Shown: piece after piece, positions 14,202 through 27,334 of the stretch
Layout of the letters: every line of letters begins with the position of its first letter
Position numbering within the stretch: the stretch's first letter is position 1
Assembly: GCA_964016885.1 (NCBI GenBank)
Contig: OZ024743.1
Span: 331,390,001-331,454,000, forward strand
Reading direction: 5' to 3'
Source of the DNA: Eledone cirrhosa
Taxonomy: Eukaryota
Length of the DNA: 64,000 bases
Program-made: the position numbers and the translations under genes
Notes under the pieces: generated by a model
The model's database searches: none
The model's input: only the letters and a program-made list of their open reading frames with translations
What the model was told of the DNA's origin: nothing

Positions 14202-14278
14202 CCCACTCTACTACCCTAAGTATTGAGTACTCTGGTGCGTTATGGTCCATCTGGTTCCTCACCACATTTCCTTTGTTA
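14199..14278 (+). mobile_element. 3' tip of the Penelope-like pLTR family also present at 34173-34379
   Basis: cccactctactaccctaagtattgagtactctggtgcgttatggtcca... is near-identical to the reverse complement of 34173-34249; flanked by (TA)n on both sides. Confidence 0.7.
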
Positions 14279-14368
14279 TATATATATATATATATGCCAG
14301 GATTATATATATATATACATACATATATAAATATATAAATATATACATATATATATATATACATATAT

Positions 14369-14403
<35 letters not shown>

Positions 14404-15799
14404 AATGAAAAGTATAGAAATATATATATATATATATATACACGCACACATGTATATACAAACAAATAAGTAATATTTACTTTAGAACATGTAGGAGTGT
14501 GTCCCAGGCACTGCCAGTCGGAATATAGGGAGTTTTCAAACCATTGTAGATTAGTTTTCACTGCCAAATCTTGTTGTATTAGATTGTCAGCTCTCAGAAG
14601 CCATATTCCTGGTCATACTGTCTTCTTTAGTTCTGATGTTGGTAATGGTAGTGATGCTGATGGTGGTGATGGTACTGCTGGTGCTGGTGGTGATAGTACA
14701 GTGGTGGGTGGGGTTGATGGTGGTAGTGGTGCTGCTTGTGTGGTGATGGCAGTGGAGGTTATGGTGGTGGTGGTAGTGATGATGGTAACAGTGGTTGTGG
14801 TGGTAGTGATAGTGGTTGTGGTAGTGGTGATGATGGTGGGAGAGGGGTGAGGGTGATGCCTGTATGGTGATAGCAGTGGTGGTGATAGTGGTGATGGTAG
14901 TGATGGTGTTGGAGGCGGTGGTGGTGTTGGTGGAGGTGGTGCTGGTAGTAGCAGAGGTGGTGGCAGAGACAGGAATATGTTGTTCCAAAGTATTTAAGCA
15001 GAGTCTTTTCAAAGTATTATAATGAGAAACTTCATTGTGGAAAAGAAAGAGACAGATACAAAGAAAAAGAGAGAAAGAGAAAGGGAGGGGCAAGAGAGAG
15101 ACAAACGGTCAGAGAGGGGAGAGAGAGAGAGAGAAAGGAAAAGAGAGTGAGATACAAAGGAAGGGATGGAGATAGAGAGAGAAAGTGATACAGAAAGAGA
15201 GAGGGGGCAGAGAGATGAAAAGAGTGATACAGAGAGTGGAAGACAGAGGGGGTTGGAAGAAAGAGAGAGAGAGAGAGGGTGAAGAGAGGAAGAGGACAGA
15301 GAGACTCAGTAAGACAAAGTTCTGGCTGCCATATTCTTCCCTAACTGCTAGCCTGACTTTATGCTTCCTTCATCTGTGTCATAGATATCCTGATAGTCTT
15401 GTAGAAATGAAATATATATATAAATACAAAAAAACACCATGAAAAAATCTACCCTTTTAGCTACCCCTTCCACTCTCACATCATCACCAATATTTCTACT
15501 CCATCACCACCATCCCCATCATCCCCACCATCACCGTCCCCCACCATCACCGTCCCCACCATCATCACTGTCCCCACCATCACCACCACTGCCACCCTGC
15601 TAGCTCTACTCTAGGTTCCTTGTCCAACCTGAAGTTCTGTTAACTAATAGTAAATGAGGAACTGTTTGCTGGTACCCCCTATATGTGTGTTTCTCTATGT
15701 GTGTATGTATGTGTGTATGTGTGTATGTATGTAAGCATGCTTACACTGTTCTGCTCAAGAACGTAAAGTCTTACCAGAAAGACAGACAGAAGAAAGTGG

Positions 15800-15909
<110 letters not shown>

Positions 15910-16006
15910 GTGTGTGTATACATACATGGATGTATACATTCTTATATAGAATAAAAAGATGCATGCATAATGAACGATATATATACAGTATATCTATATA
16001 TATGTA

Positions 16007-16043
<37 letters not shown>

Positions 16044-16127
16044 TAAGATAAGCAGAACAAGTAAAATTCAATCAATTTTTCAAAATACATTAAAAAATAT
16101 AATATAAATATTTACCTCTTCTAGTGG

Positions 16128-16205
16128 CCCTTACTGATCAGTTTCGCTTTGTAAAACCTCATAAATCCGATGGATTTATGATGGAAAACCAAAGCTCATC
16201 AGAGA
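16128..16205 (-). ncRNA. Type I hammerhead ribozyme motif with extended stem II
   Basis: Minus strand: tct-CTGATGA-GCTTTG..TCATAAATCC atc GGATTTATGA..CAAAGC-GAAA-CTGATCAG (palindrome)-TA-agg. Stem I is short because the element ends at a (TA)n tract. Confidence 0.8.
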
Positions 16206-16957
16206 TTATATATATATATATGCATAAACAATCTATTTTTAGAACAATTGAGTGGGTGATGAATTGAGAAAGTTAGCAGCTTCAAATGTTGAGTGTATAA
16301 GTCCCGGGAGATATAAGCTCCCCAAAAGCTGGACATTGCTGTCCATGGGGATTAAATCCACACCAACTGTATTCCGTTCAGGATCCCATGTAAGAAACAT
16401 GCAGGTACCCTGTCCCATCTGACAGGTAAGTAGCCCCACAGGACCCCCGTTGGATGAGACAGGTGAGGTAAGTAGCTCCCAGTACACTCTGGAAAGCGGT
16501 TGGTGATAGGAAGGGCATCCAACCATAGAAATCTTGCCAAAAAAGGGGTTGTTAGAACCCATTAGTAGTGTCAAGAACATGGCAACCTCACTAGTGTTGG
16601 TGATCTACATTAAAGGTTCTCAATAGAAATGACAAGAAGTAATGGTGGTGAACATACACACACATACATACATACATACACACACATATATACACATACA
16701 TACACGCACACACATATATACACACACAGGCCAGTGTTAGTGTTTGATGAAGTTGAGAACCTGGTCAGCTTTCAGCCAGAAGTGTGGTATTTAATCTCCC
16801 TAGGTAATAAAATCTGACCACAAAAATGCTCTCCTTACCAAAAAAAGAAGACATAGATCATATCAACATCCTTACACACTTAAATATGCATGTATATATA
16901 CAAATGTATAAATGCATAGCTATATACATATGTAAATGTATGTATGTATGTATGTAG

Positions 16958-17001
<44 letters not shown>

Positions 17002-17138
17002 CTACATACATATATATATATACTTTTCCTCTTAACACCATATGAAAAAACAATTTGATTCGTTAGTTCTTCAACTACCTCCAAATATGGACATGATACT
17101 AATTCTGAGTAAAATTATTATTGAATAAAATTATTATT

Positions 17139-17268
17139 GCTTTTGAAAACAGCTGGTGATATGCATGTAAGTAAATATTCTCTCTATCTGATAGTTTGTA
17201 AACTTACATAGATCAATAACTGAGTATAGATACAATGTATTATCACCATCTAGAAACGATCGTAAAGC
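17139..17268 (+). ncRNA. Degenerate hammerhead motif with very long stem II
   Basis: GCTT-TTGAAAA (cf. CTGAAGA)-cagcTGGTGATATGCAT...ATGTATtATCACCAtcta-GAAA-CGATCG-TA-AAGC. Confidence 0.6.
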
Positions 17269-17386
17269 TGTGAAGTATATCTCTAATGACTTGATTTTTT
17301 ATTTCATTGTTTTAACTTATACATATATATATATATATATATAAATATATATATAAATATACATATATATATATATATATATAAAT

Positions 17387-17429
<43 letters not shown>

Positions 17430-17458
17430 TACATACATATATATATATATATAAATAT

Positions 17459-18810
17459 AAGGAAGAGCAATTAGAGACATGCGATATAGAGGAACAGTGG
17501 CAATTCTTGAAAGTGAACCTGCTGAAAGCAATGGATGAAATCTGTGGCTGGAGCAGACCTATTGGCAGGAGGAGAGTAACTTGGTGGTGGAACAGTAAGG
17601 TGGAAGAGACAATCAAAAAGCAGGCTTGGAAAGTTTGGCAGGATGGGGGAAATAGAGAGCACTATAAAGTAGCCAGGAGAAAATCTAGGAGACAAGTGTA
17701 CCTTGCAAAAAGGGAAGCAGAGGATAGAAAGTTCAAGCATGTTCAACAACGCGAGGACCAAAAACGCGAGGTGTTCAGGATTGCTAGACAATGTGTCATG
17801 GAAAACTGTGATATTGTCGGGGAGAAGTATGTATGTAATGATAACGGTGTACTTGCCCTCACTGATACTGATAAGAAGATAGCCTGGAAGTGTCACTACG
17901 AGAGACTATTAAATGAGGAGAATAAGTGGGAAAAAGATAGTCTGCCCCAAATCGATCCAATAGAAGGACCAGCGGTGCAAGTTAAAGGTAGTATAATAAG
18001 TAAGGCAATCAAAGATATGAAGACAGGCAAAGCAGCTGGGCCTTCGGAGATAGTTGCTGAGATGTTGAAGGCATCTGGAATGGTGGGACATACTATGGTC
18101 ACCCGTATAGTTAACCAAGTAATACAAAATGGGGTCATACCAAAAGACTGGCGTAGCAGCATCATCATTGACTGCTACAAGGGTAAAGGAGATGCTCTAG
18201 ATAGAGGAAACTATAGAGGCAATAAGTTAATTGACCGATTCATGAAGGTCACAGAAAGAGTTATAGCGCAACTAATCAGAGAGCGAATTGATCTAGATGA
18301 AATGCAGTTTGGGTTTGTGTCAGGTAAAAGTACCACAGATGCTCTTTTCCTTGTACGACAACTACAAGAGAAGTACCTAGCTAAAAGTAAACCCCTCTAC
18401 TTAGCTTTTGTAGACCTGGAAAAAGCCTTTGACAGAGTCCCCCGCTCCATTATCTGGTGGGCTCTTAGAAAACTAGGTGTTGATGAATGGCTAGTGAGAG
18501 CTATACAAGCGATGTATAAAGAAACAGTCAGTAAGGTTAGAATTAACAATGAATATTGTGAAGAATTTAATGTAAAAGTAGGGGTTCACCAGGGCTCTAT
18601 CCTTAGCCCCCTCCTATTTATTATAGCCGTCAGGCTATAACAGAGGAGTTCAAGATCGGCTGCCCATGGGAACTCCTATACGCAGATGATCTAAAGCTCA
18701 TAGCTGATTCAATGGCTGAACTAGAAAAGAAATTCCAAACATGGAAGCATGGCCTAGAATCAAAGGTCTTAAAGTTAACTTGTCTAAAACTAAAGTCCTA
18801 GTTTGTAGAA
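17459..18810 (+). mobile_element. RTE-clade LINE internal fragment (RT, frameshifted)
   Basis: ORF 17507-18640 contains AFVDLEKAFDRV and GVHQGS; [10 protein letters not shown] follows after a frameshift; homologous to the 31534-33984 ORF. Confidence 0.95.
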
Positions 18811-19820
18811 ATAATAATAATATTTACAATATACAATATACTAACATTCTAAATGTACTCAAGTTAACAAGTCAATTCATACTGGGTTACAGAGTAGGTG
18901 AGGAAAAATAAAATGTACAATACCTCAAAAAATTTAGTATATTGTTAGTATATTGTATATTGTAAATATTATTATTATATTATTATTATATTATTATTAT
19001 ATTATTATTGTGACATCTATATTGTTTGTGTAAATTAACCGGAGATTATCTATTCTATTATATTGTATTATATAGTATATAATTGTATTATTTATTATTA
19101 TATGTGCTACTTATAATTATATCATATTATTACCTATGTACTACTTATAATTATATCATATTATTACCTCATGTATATTGGGTAGATGTATTAGTATTAT
19201 TATTATTATTATTTTCATTCCTATCATGCTTATTTTTATATTCAAATTCTTAATAAGGTTTAATTTGTGCAGTTGAGGATGGATGTGTGTATTGTTGTAT
19301 GTGTATATGTGTGTGTACGTGTGCGCACATATATACATATGCATATTGTATCTTTTGATTTTTATTGTAATTTTAATGTTGGTAAAGGTATATTATAGTA
19401 TATTATATTGTATTATATATAATTCCTGCTCTATATAACCACCTTTGTTTAGCTCTAGTTTTTGCTTTGGACTATATTTGTAATATGGTTCTTAGTGTTA
19501 TATACATCCTTAGTAATTTTTATCATATATTTTTATTATATATTTTTGTAATACTTCAGTGTATGTACACTCCATATTCTTCGGAGCTTCCGGCTTGTAT
19601 CTGCCGATATTACTTCTTGTTGTTTTAATTGCCCTGATGAGTCCTTAATAGGACAAAACATTGTCGGCTAATAAAGACTTTTGATGTATTGAAGGCTTCT
19701 TTGTTTTACTCTCTTAATTTTTCGGCTCTGTTTAACTACATTGAGCTATACCTTTTACTGTCATTTCTATAATACGAAGAGGGTGTTTAACTCTAACACA
19801 CTCCAGTATTTTAACCCTTA
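18811..19820 (+). mobile_element. Penelope-like element 3' fragment/pLTR with inverted 5' segment
   Basis: 18811-18846 is the reverse complement of 18943-18978. Contains a hammerhead at 19631 followed by AATAAA, ends in (TA)n and truncates the RTE copy. Confidence 0.6.
19631..19668 (+). ncRNA. Minimal type I hammerhead with a G12 to A substitution
   Basis: GCC-CTGATGA-GTCCT taat AGGAC-AAAA (cf. GAAA)-CATTG-TC-GGC, then taataaa. Confidence 0.8.
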
Positions 19821-19865
19821 TATATATATATTTATATATAAACCTACATACATATATATATAAAT

Positions 19866-19900
<35 letters not shown>

Positions 19901-19905
<5 letters not shown>

Positions 19906-20508
19906 CATGAGAAGAAAGAAGAATACTGTATGGTTTGCACATGGGTGACATATGATAAAAATAGTCCTTCGTCAGTGATTTTCCAACCATCATTGGTATT
20001 TCATCGCATTAAAAATCAGATACCTCAGGTTGGTGCGAGCAATAACTAAAAAAAGTTATTGGGACCAGAATTCGCGTAAGGTGAGGGGGGAGAAGTAAAC
20101 AATATAGAAGGATAAAAGCAAACCGAAGATAGGAAAATAAACAAGCAACATGGTTGTCCAGTCAGCATAAGCTGGGTGGATTTCATGAGCGAGAGAGGTA
20201 CAGACCGTGTTGATGTGTGTGAGATGTGAGCAAGAAGAGACCCGCACAAGCCAAACGGGAGGAAGTGAGAAGGGGAGAAACAGAGAGTGAGTGAGTGGAA
20301 GTGTGAGGAAGAGGTCAGTCGAGAGAAAGTGTAACTGACAGAGGGGGCGAAAGAAGGTGAGAGAAACAGAGAGAGCGGGGAAGCAGTAAGAGAGAAACAG
20401 ACAAATGCAGCCAAGCTAAATATATATAAAAAACATGAGAAAAAAGAAGAATACTGCGTGGTTTGCATATGGGTGACATATGATAAAAATAGTCCTTCAT
20501 CAGTTATT
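19901..20508 (-). mobile_element. Non-coding partial tandem element, ~528-nt period
   Basis: 19901-19980 recurs at about 20429-20508; each copy carries CTGANGA on the minus strand; abuts (TA)n. Confidence 0.5.
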
Positions 20509-20509
20509 T

Positions 20510-21520
20510 ACACCCCCGACACCAGGAACACGTTTTGTAGGTGTTCCCATCTTCCCTCTGTTTGTCTTCCTCAACCTACAGGTTTATATACAGAGAAGGC
20601 CCATTCACTCGGGCCATTTTTGCCACATTCACCCACCTTTCAGTGAATTTACTGGGGTGTAACCTCTCTCTCCACTCTCACCTTCCTTCTGAAGTGATAC
20701 TTAAAGAAGGGGATAAGTTGTTGTCCGGAGAGAAAGGTGTTTGCCCTCAGTCCTTTTAACCTCGTCCACCATATTACCCCTTTCGCCATAGGCACCAGAC
20801 AGAGGAAAACCGTCTCTCCTTCATTCTTAAATGAAGGCGGTGGGGTGATCCGCACGATGGACTCGGCTGACAACTGGATGCGTCCCACACGTGACATAAT
20901 TCCACAGGTCGGTCACCCCTGGGCACTGAACAATTGCTTGCAGAACGGTTTCGATGTCTGTCCTGCTCGCATCTTGGACAGGTCCTTTTGGCAGGATCTC
21001 TGCCAAGGCGTCCGTGCCTGTAGATTTTGTCTCGAACTGGTAGAGCTCCTCGGTAGCACTGCCAGGCCAGAGACCTCTGGAAGTTATCCATAGGCCCTGG
21101 ACAGAAAGTCCTCCCGAACAGACTGGTCAGTTCGTCCTCCTCGATGCCTAGATTTTCCCCGAGAATGTCGTCGCACTTATCCTCCACTAATCCCCTATAG
21201 AATGTCGAAGTAGAGTCTCCGCTGATTGCTGTTTCCGCTTGGTAGAGGGCTGTGAGCGCCTGTCTGTAGGCACTCGAGGTGCCAGGCACCCATTTTCGGT
21301 CTTCGCTTGACCCAGGACTGCAGCTCTGTTAGTGAGACGAGTTGTGGAAGAGCTTGTCTCACAAACGACAACCACACCGGTTCACCGGTCAGGAATACCT
21401 GGAGATGGCGTACATTCAGCGCATGTTTGCGCATCATCAGCCACGGCATGCCCAGCCCTCTGTTAGAAGGGTGTTGACAGCAGATGGATCTCTTCACCAA
21501 TGGCGCCTGTTTCTTCCAGA
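20510..21520 (-). mobile_element. L1/Tx1-clade LINE 3' fragment (frameshifted)
   Basis: Homologous to 59082-60040 (PGPMDNFQRSLAWQCYRGALPV, CPRC, GGLG-like GLGMPWLMMRKHAL). Confidence 0.9.
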
Positions 21521-21595
21521 GTAGATAGATAGATAGATAGACATGTACCAAACACACACACATTTCTTACTCTCTCTGTCCCTCCCTTCATTTAC

Positions 21596-21642
<47 letters not shown>

Positions 21643-22835
21643 CGTGGAGCGTTGTTATTTGGCGTTGTTGAAAAGAGCTGTGTCCTTTGACCAAGCAATA
21701 AAAAAACTGTAGACAAAATTCTTTCTGTACCCAAACTAAGGCACACACAAACACACGCGCACATGCGTGTGTGTGTGTGTCTATGTTTATATATAAGGGA
21801 TACAAATATTGCTTTCTCAGTCACCAAGCTTCTCAATTCATTCCTTACTACTTATTTTGCTACGAGGTATATTATTTTGCAAGGTACTATTTTTCCCCTG
21901 GGTTTGTGATTTCAGAGAAAGGTAAGAAATTCTTCATATTTTGCATCTTTTGTATTTTGACTTTGCAGTTTCAATTGTCTATCCACTCAAAATATTACAA
22001 CAGTTAACAGTGAAATATAGAATTTAAAAAAAAAAAGCTTTTTCGACTTAGATCAAACGTTTTTTTTTATTTCAAAAATATATAATTTGAAATAGCTTGC
22101 TTTTGTTTTGGACTGAAACTTTTTTGTATTTAATTCGTACGAGTATTTTTTACAGAATCTAAGATAACTTGATTTGGCCCAGTAATCTACTGATATCAAA
22201 ATCAGTAGGATATTGAAAAATGGAAAAATAGGGTAGGGGGCGTTTCGTGATTTCGAGGGGCAAAAGGAGGCGTTTGGCGAAAATGGGTTGAGAACCTTTG
22301 ATCTACATGATAAAAGCACCCAGTACACACTGTAAAGTGGTTGATGTTAGGAGGACATCTAGCCATAGAAAGCTTGACAAATGAGGTTTGAGAAGACCTT
22401 TCAGTTTATGTTAAAAGATATGACAACTTCTCCTGTGCACTCAATGGAATATATAACCATACTGAGCCTGTCTAGGGAGTCAGTAGCCCTGCTTTAGTAC
22501 TGATTTGGTATATGTACACCTATCCAACCCTTGCTAGCAGGGAAAGCAGAAATTAAACGATGATGATGATATACAGTTGCATCATCAATAAACTATGGTG
22601 TAAACAGAATTAAGAATTCCACGTTGGTGGTATGTATCCATCAGTGATATGGGATCACGTCTAACCCGACAGAGTATCATTATACAAATAAACATTAAGA
22701 CAGGTTTGTATCATTGCATAATTATACTTAGTATGTATTATGTACATTTCAGCAACACTATCACATTGTAGTTATGCAACTGTAACAACAACAGCTGACA
22801 TGGCTTCAGCAGACAGTTGCATGAGTTTTATTTTG

Positions 22836-22883
<48 letters not shown>

Positions 22884-24189
22884 GGAGAGAAAGAGAGATT
22901 AATAAAAGACACGGCCACTAGTTTAAATAAATCCATTAATGGAACTGTCAATTTATTCTAATTGTTGTCTCATTCATTTAAAATACCATTCTCACTAATT
23001 GGAACACTCAGTAAAGCTATTGTTATATATATACACACACGTGTGTGTGTGTGTGTTTGTGTGTACATACAAAGACTCATTAATAAATAACTATATGTAT
23101 ATGAATATAATTTGTATTTTATCTCCATTAAATGTTGTGAAATCATTTAATTTTTAAGTAATTACCATGTTTGTTTAATGTCAATATGGATATTGGCTTT
23201 TCTCTTTTACACTGCAAAGGAGAGAAAGAAAACCAGATTTGGCCAAGTTGTTAGAGAGCTGGATATTTCTTCTCAGAATGTCTGTCTTCTTAGTTCAAAT
23301 GAACCCTTATCAATGTCATTTAACCCCTGTGTCATCACACCCCTTCAAATTACACTCCTGAGTATTTTTGCCCTCGAAAAATGGGAACTCTTTTAGTGAT
23401 GTAGGAGAAAGGTAGCCACTCTAGCATTGGTGCCACAATAAAATATACACTCAGTACACTTTGTAAAGTAGTTGGTTCTAGGAAGAGAATCCAGCTGTAA
23501 AATAAATACAGCACACAACTGAAATGTATGATTGTGACTTGGTTTCACCCTCCCTTCAAAGAGGGGCAGTAACTCTGAATAAAAAATGACTTGGATCTTA
23601 ACAACAAACAATTAAAAAAATCTCCAATACAAACAAATCGAACAATCTAATGAAAGAATCTCTGTATTAGTGTATTTAGTAAAGCAGATAAAGTGGAGCA
23701 GCCTGTAGCCTGTAAGTTTAACTTATGATGGAGTGGTAGATGACACTGTCATCATGAATGTGAATTTCAACTTCCTGTAGAAACCTGTGGAGGGAGAGGA
23801 AGAGGAGGAGAGGGGGGAGTGAGTGAAAGATAGACAAAAAAGGGTGAGAGTGAGGGAGAGAGGTGAGAATGAGAAATAAAGAGAGAAAAAGGGTAAGAGT
23901 GTGTCATATATATATATATATAGTGAGAGATAGAGAGTGGAAGAGACATATAGAGACTAAGAGAGAAAGAGTGAAACAATGAGATATAGAGAAAGAGAGT
24001 AACAGAGAGAGAGAGACGGGGGGAGGGGGAAGAAAGATACAGAGAATGAGTGATAGAAAGAGTGATAGAGAGAAAGAAAGTATAACTCCTTGGTGATTCA
24101 AGGAAGTGGAAAATAAATTGTAATTTGATGGTTTCCCAATGTCTCCCCACTTGTGAAACACAAGAACAGAACATAAAATATCACCATAA

Positions 24190-24385
24190 CAACCACCATC
24201 ATCATTATCCCCACCCTCAACACTGCCACCACTATCATCGTTATCCCCACCCTCAACACTGCCACCACTATCATCATTATCCCCACCCTCAACACTGCCA
24301 CCACTATCACCATTATCCCCACCCTCAACACTGCCACCACTATCATCATTATCCCCACCCTCAACACCACCATTATCATCATCAC
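24190..24385. repeat. 36-bp minisatellite (CATTATCCCCACCCTCAACACTGCCACCACTATCAT)
   Basis: About 5 tandem units within a CAC/CAT-rich tract. Confidence 0.85.
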
Positions 24386-24714
24386 CATCAACACCACCAC
24401 CACTGCTATCATCACTACCACCAAATCAACACCACCACAACTACCATCATAAGCACCACTATCAACAGCATCAACACCATTACCACTACAGTCAACAACA
24501 CCACCCCCAGTATAATCATTAGCATCATCAACGCTACCAGCACCACTATCATCATTATCAACACCACCACCACCATCATCCCCACCACAGCCATCATCAT
24601 CATCACTGTAACCACACCCACCACAACAATAAGTCCATCAATGATGATAACTCCCCACCCACCCCCACATTAACCCAACCACCACCCTCATATATATACA
24701 TATATATATATACA

Positions 24715-24866
<152 letters not shown>

Positions 24867-24867
24867 T

Positions 24868-26702
24868 GATGAAAATGGCACTCTTCAAGACAATGCTAAA
24901 ACCATGGGTGAGATACTGCAGAAACAATACTGCTCTGTTTTCAGCAATCCTGATATGGCCGATCTGGGCTGTATCGGCGATGTTACTCCCCATTACACCT
25001 TATCGGACATAACGTTTGGCGCCCCTGATGTCTTAGCGGCAATAAAGGAAATCAAGCATAATTCAGCAGTAGGTCCCGATAGGTTCCCTGCTTGTGTCTT
25101 GAAGGCGTGTCAACACCAACTTGCATCTCCTCTTGCCAATCTGTGGCGGAACTCACTGGATGCTGGATATGTGCCAGAAAACCTTCTATCCCAGTCTGTT
25201 GTCCCAGTTTTCAAAAAGCGAAACAAATCCCTTGCCGTGAATTACCGTCCAATCTCACTCAGCTCTCATATCATTAAGGTATTTGAGAGAGTGGTGAGAT
25301 CGCGAATGACCCACTTCCTTGAGAGTAACAATATGCTGAACTCCAACCAGCATGGATTCCGTAATGGAAGGGATTGCCTGACGCAGCTACTGCATCACTT
25401 TGATGACATTTTGAGAGCCTTGGGAGAGGGTTCCAACACTGATGTTATCTACCTTGATTTCAGCAAGGCCTTTGACAGGGTTGATCATAACATTCTACTG
25501 AGAAAGCTGTCCAATATTGGTGTCACTGGAAAGCTGCTGCAGTGGATCAAGAGCTTCCTGTCAAACAGAACCCAACATGTTGTAGTTGAAGGAGTCAAAT
25601 CCAGCCCAGCCAAAGTCAGTAGTGGGGTCCCACAAGGCACTGTGTTGGGCCCACTTCTCTTCATCATCTATATTAATGACATCACTGACATCATCAAACA
25701 CAGCAACATTAAAATTTTCGCTGATGATTCCAAGCTCCAAAAGGTCATCAATGGCGTGGATGACCGGATAAGCCTTCAGTCAGACCTACTGGCTGTTACC
25801 CAATGGGCGGAAAAGAACAACATGTTACTGAACGAAGACAAATTCGAACTGATCCACTTTGGAAAAGAGGATGCTCTGAAACTCCCGTACTCCCTTCCCT
25901 CCGGGGAAACTCTCATGGCATCTAACAACATCAGAGACTTGGGAGTAACCGTGGACAGCAACATAAGCTGGACCACGCATATAAGCAGCAAAGTTGACAT
26001 GGCCTGCAGAATGTGTTCCTGGATCCTCAGAACCTTCCAGTCGAGAGATTCCCACACCATTATCCTTCTCTTCTCTACTTTTGCCCGACCACACCTTGAA
26101 TACTGTTGTCCACTGTGGTCTCCCCACACGAAACAAAGTATCATGAAACTTGAAGCTCCTCAAAGGGCAATCACGAAAAAGATAGATGGCATGTCAGACC
26201 TTGACTACTGGGGTCGATTAGAAAACCTGAAACTTTACTCACTCCAACGTCGCCGTGAGCGTTATATTATCTGCATGATGTGGAAAATGTTCCATCATCA
26301 CTGCCCAAATGATGTTGGCATCGCCTTCAAGATACAGCCAAGGCTTGGGCCCCGTGCTATCCGTTCCATTCAAAAATCTAAATCGCAACTCATAACAACA
26401 ATACGGCACAATTATTTCACCTCAATCGGCCCTGCTCTCTTCAACATCACACCAGGACACGTCAAAACAGAAACTGACCACACAAAATTCAAGAAGTCTT
26501 TGGACAAATTCCTCCAAGTAATCCCGGACAAACCACCCACACCCGGATATGTCTCCGCAAACAGTAATTCTCTTCTCGAATGGGCCATGGTGCCCAAATC
26601 CTGAATTGAAAGACTTCGCCAGGTGGTGCTATTAAGTTAGACATGGCCTGGGCCAATACTGGCCAAAACATTTCAAAGTTATTCACAGTTACATTTCAAA
26701 GT
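24868..26702 (+). mobile_element. 5'-truncated CR1-clade LINE with uninterrupted RT ORF (stop at 26604)
   Basis: [67 protein letters not shown]; short repeated tail catttcaaagtta. The ORF's N-terminal IY run is microsatellite. Confidence 0.93.
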
Positions 26703-26740
26703 TATATAAGAACAAAAGATGGTTAAAAGAGTTCCATGTA

Positions 26741-26807
26741 CTTTATTATGCGCATTTCAAAAACAAATATCATCATGCAATAATATTTGTGTTTTCATCA
26801 GACAAAA
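26741..26807 (-). ncRNA. Type I hammerhead motif (inverted copy)
   Basis: Reverse complement of 26954-27020. Confidence 0.8.
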
Positions 26808-26953
26808 CAGGAAGACATGATATGAAGGTTAAAAAACACTTGTGGATAGTGCAGTCCTGAAACAACATATACATATATATATCCTGAAACACATGTTGTT
26901 TCAGGACTGCACTATCCACAAGTGTTTTTTAACCTTCATGTCATGTCTTCCTG

Positions 26954-27020
26954 TTTTGTCTGATGAAAACACAAATATTATTGCATGATGATATTTGTTT
27001 TTGAAATGCGCATAATAAAG
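26954..27020 (+). ncRNA. Type I hammerhead motif, intact core
   Basis: TTTTGT-CTGATGA-aaacACAAATAT..ATATTTGTtttt-GAAA-TGCGCA (palindrome)-TA-ATAAAG. Confidence 0.82.
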
Positions 27021-27190
27021 TACATGGAACTCTTTTAACCATCTTTTGTTCTTATATATTATGTATACTCCAGTCCTACAAACTGTAGAGTGCTTCTTAT
27101 CCGATATCTGCATTGCTTTATTGTACTACAATAAAACTCACCTCCTACATATATATATATATATACATATATATATACATATATATATAC

Positions 27191-27227
<37 letters not shown>

Positions 27228-27334
27228 TGTATACATATACATATATATATATATGTATATATATATGTATACATATACATATATATATATATGTATATAT
27301 ATACATATATATATACATATATATATATATATCC

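Larger units (their letters stand above)
26703..27148 (+). mobile_element. Fold-back Penelope-like pLTR fragment (~166-bp inverted arms)
   Basis: 26703-26868 is the reverse complement of 26893-27058 with one mismatch seen; unique tail with AATAAA ends at (TA)n. Confidence 0.75.

Noticed and set aside
14481-14632. Possible minus-strand exon in a unique island
   Set aside because: Weak donor (aaa|gtaaat), no polypyrimidine tract and no recognisable peptide.
14587-15093. His/Thr-rich ORFs (also 24125-24673)
   Set aside because: Derived from (GGT/GAT)n-type and 36-bp repeats; no splice or domain support.
22270-22300. hAT-like terminal motif (also about 57515-57530)
   Set aside because: Only one end identifiable; no partner TIR or 8-bp TSD found.
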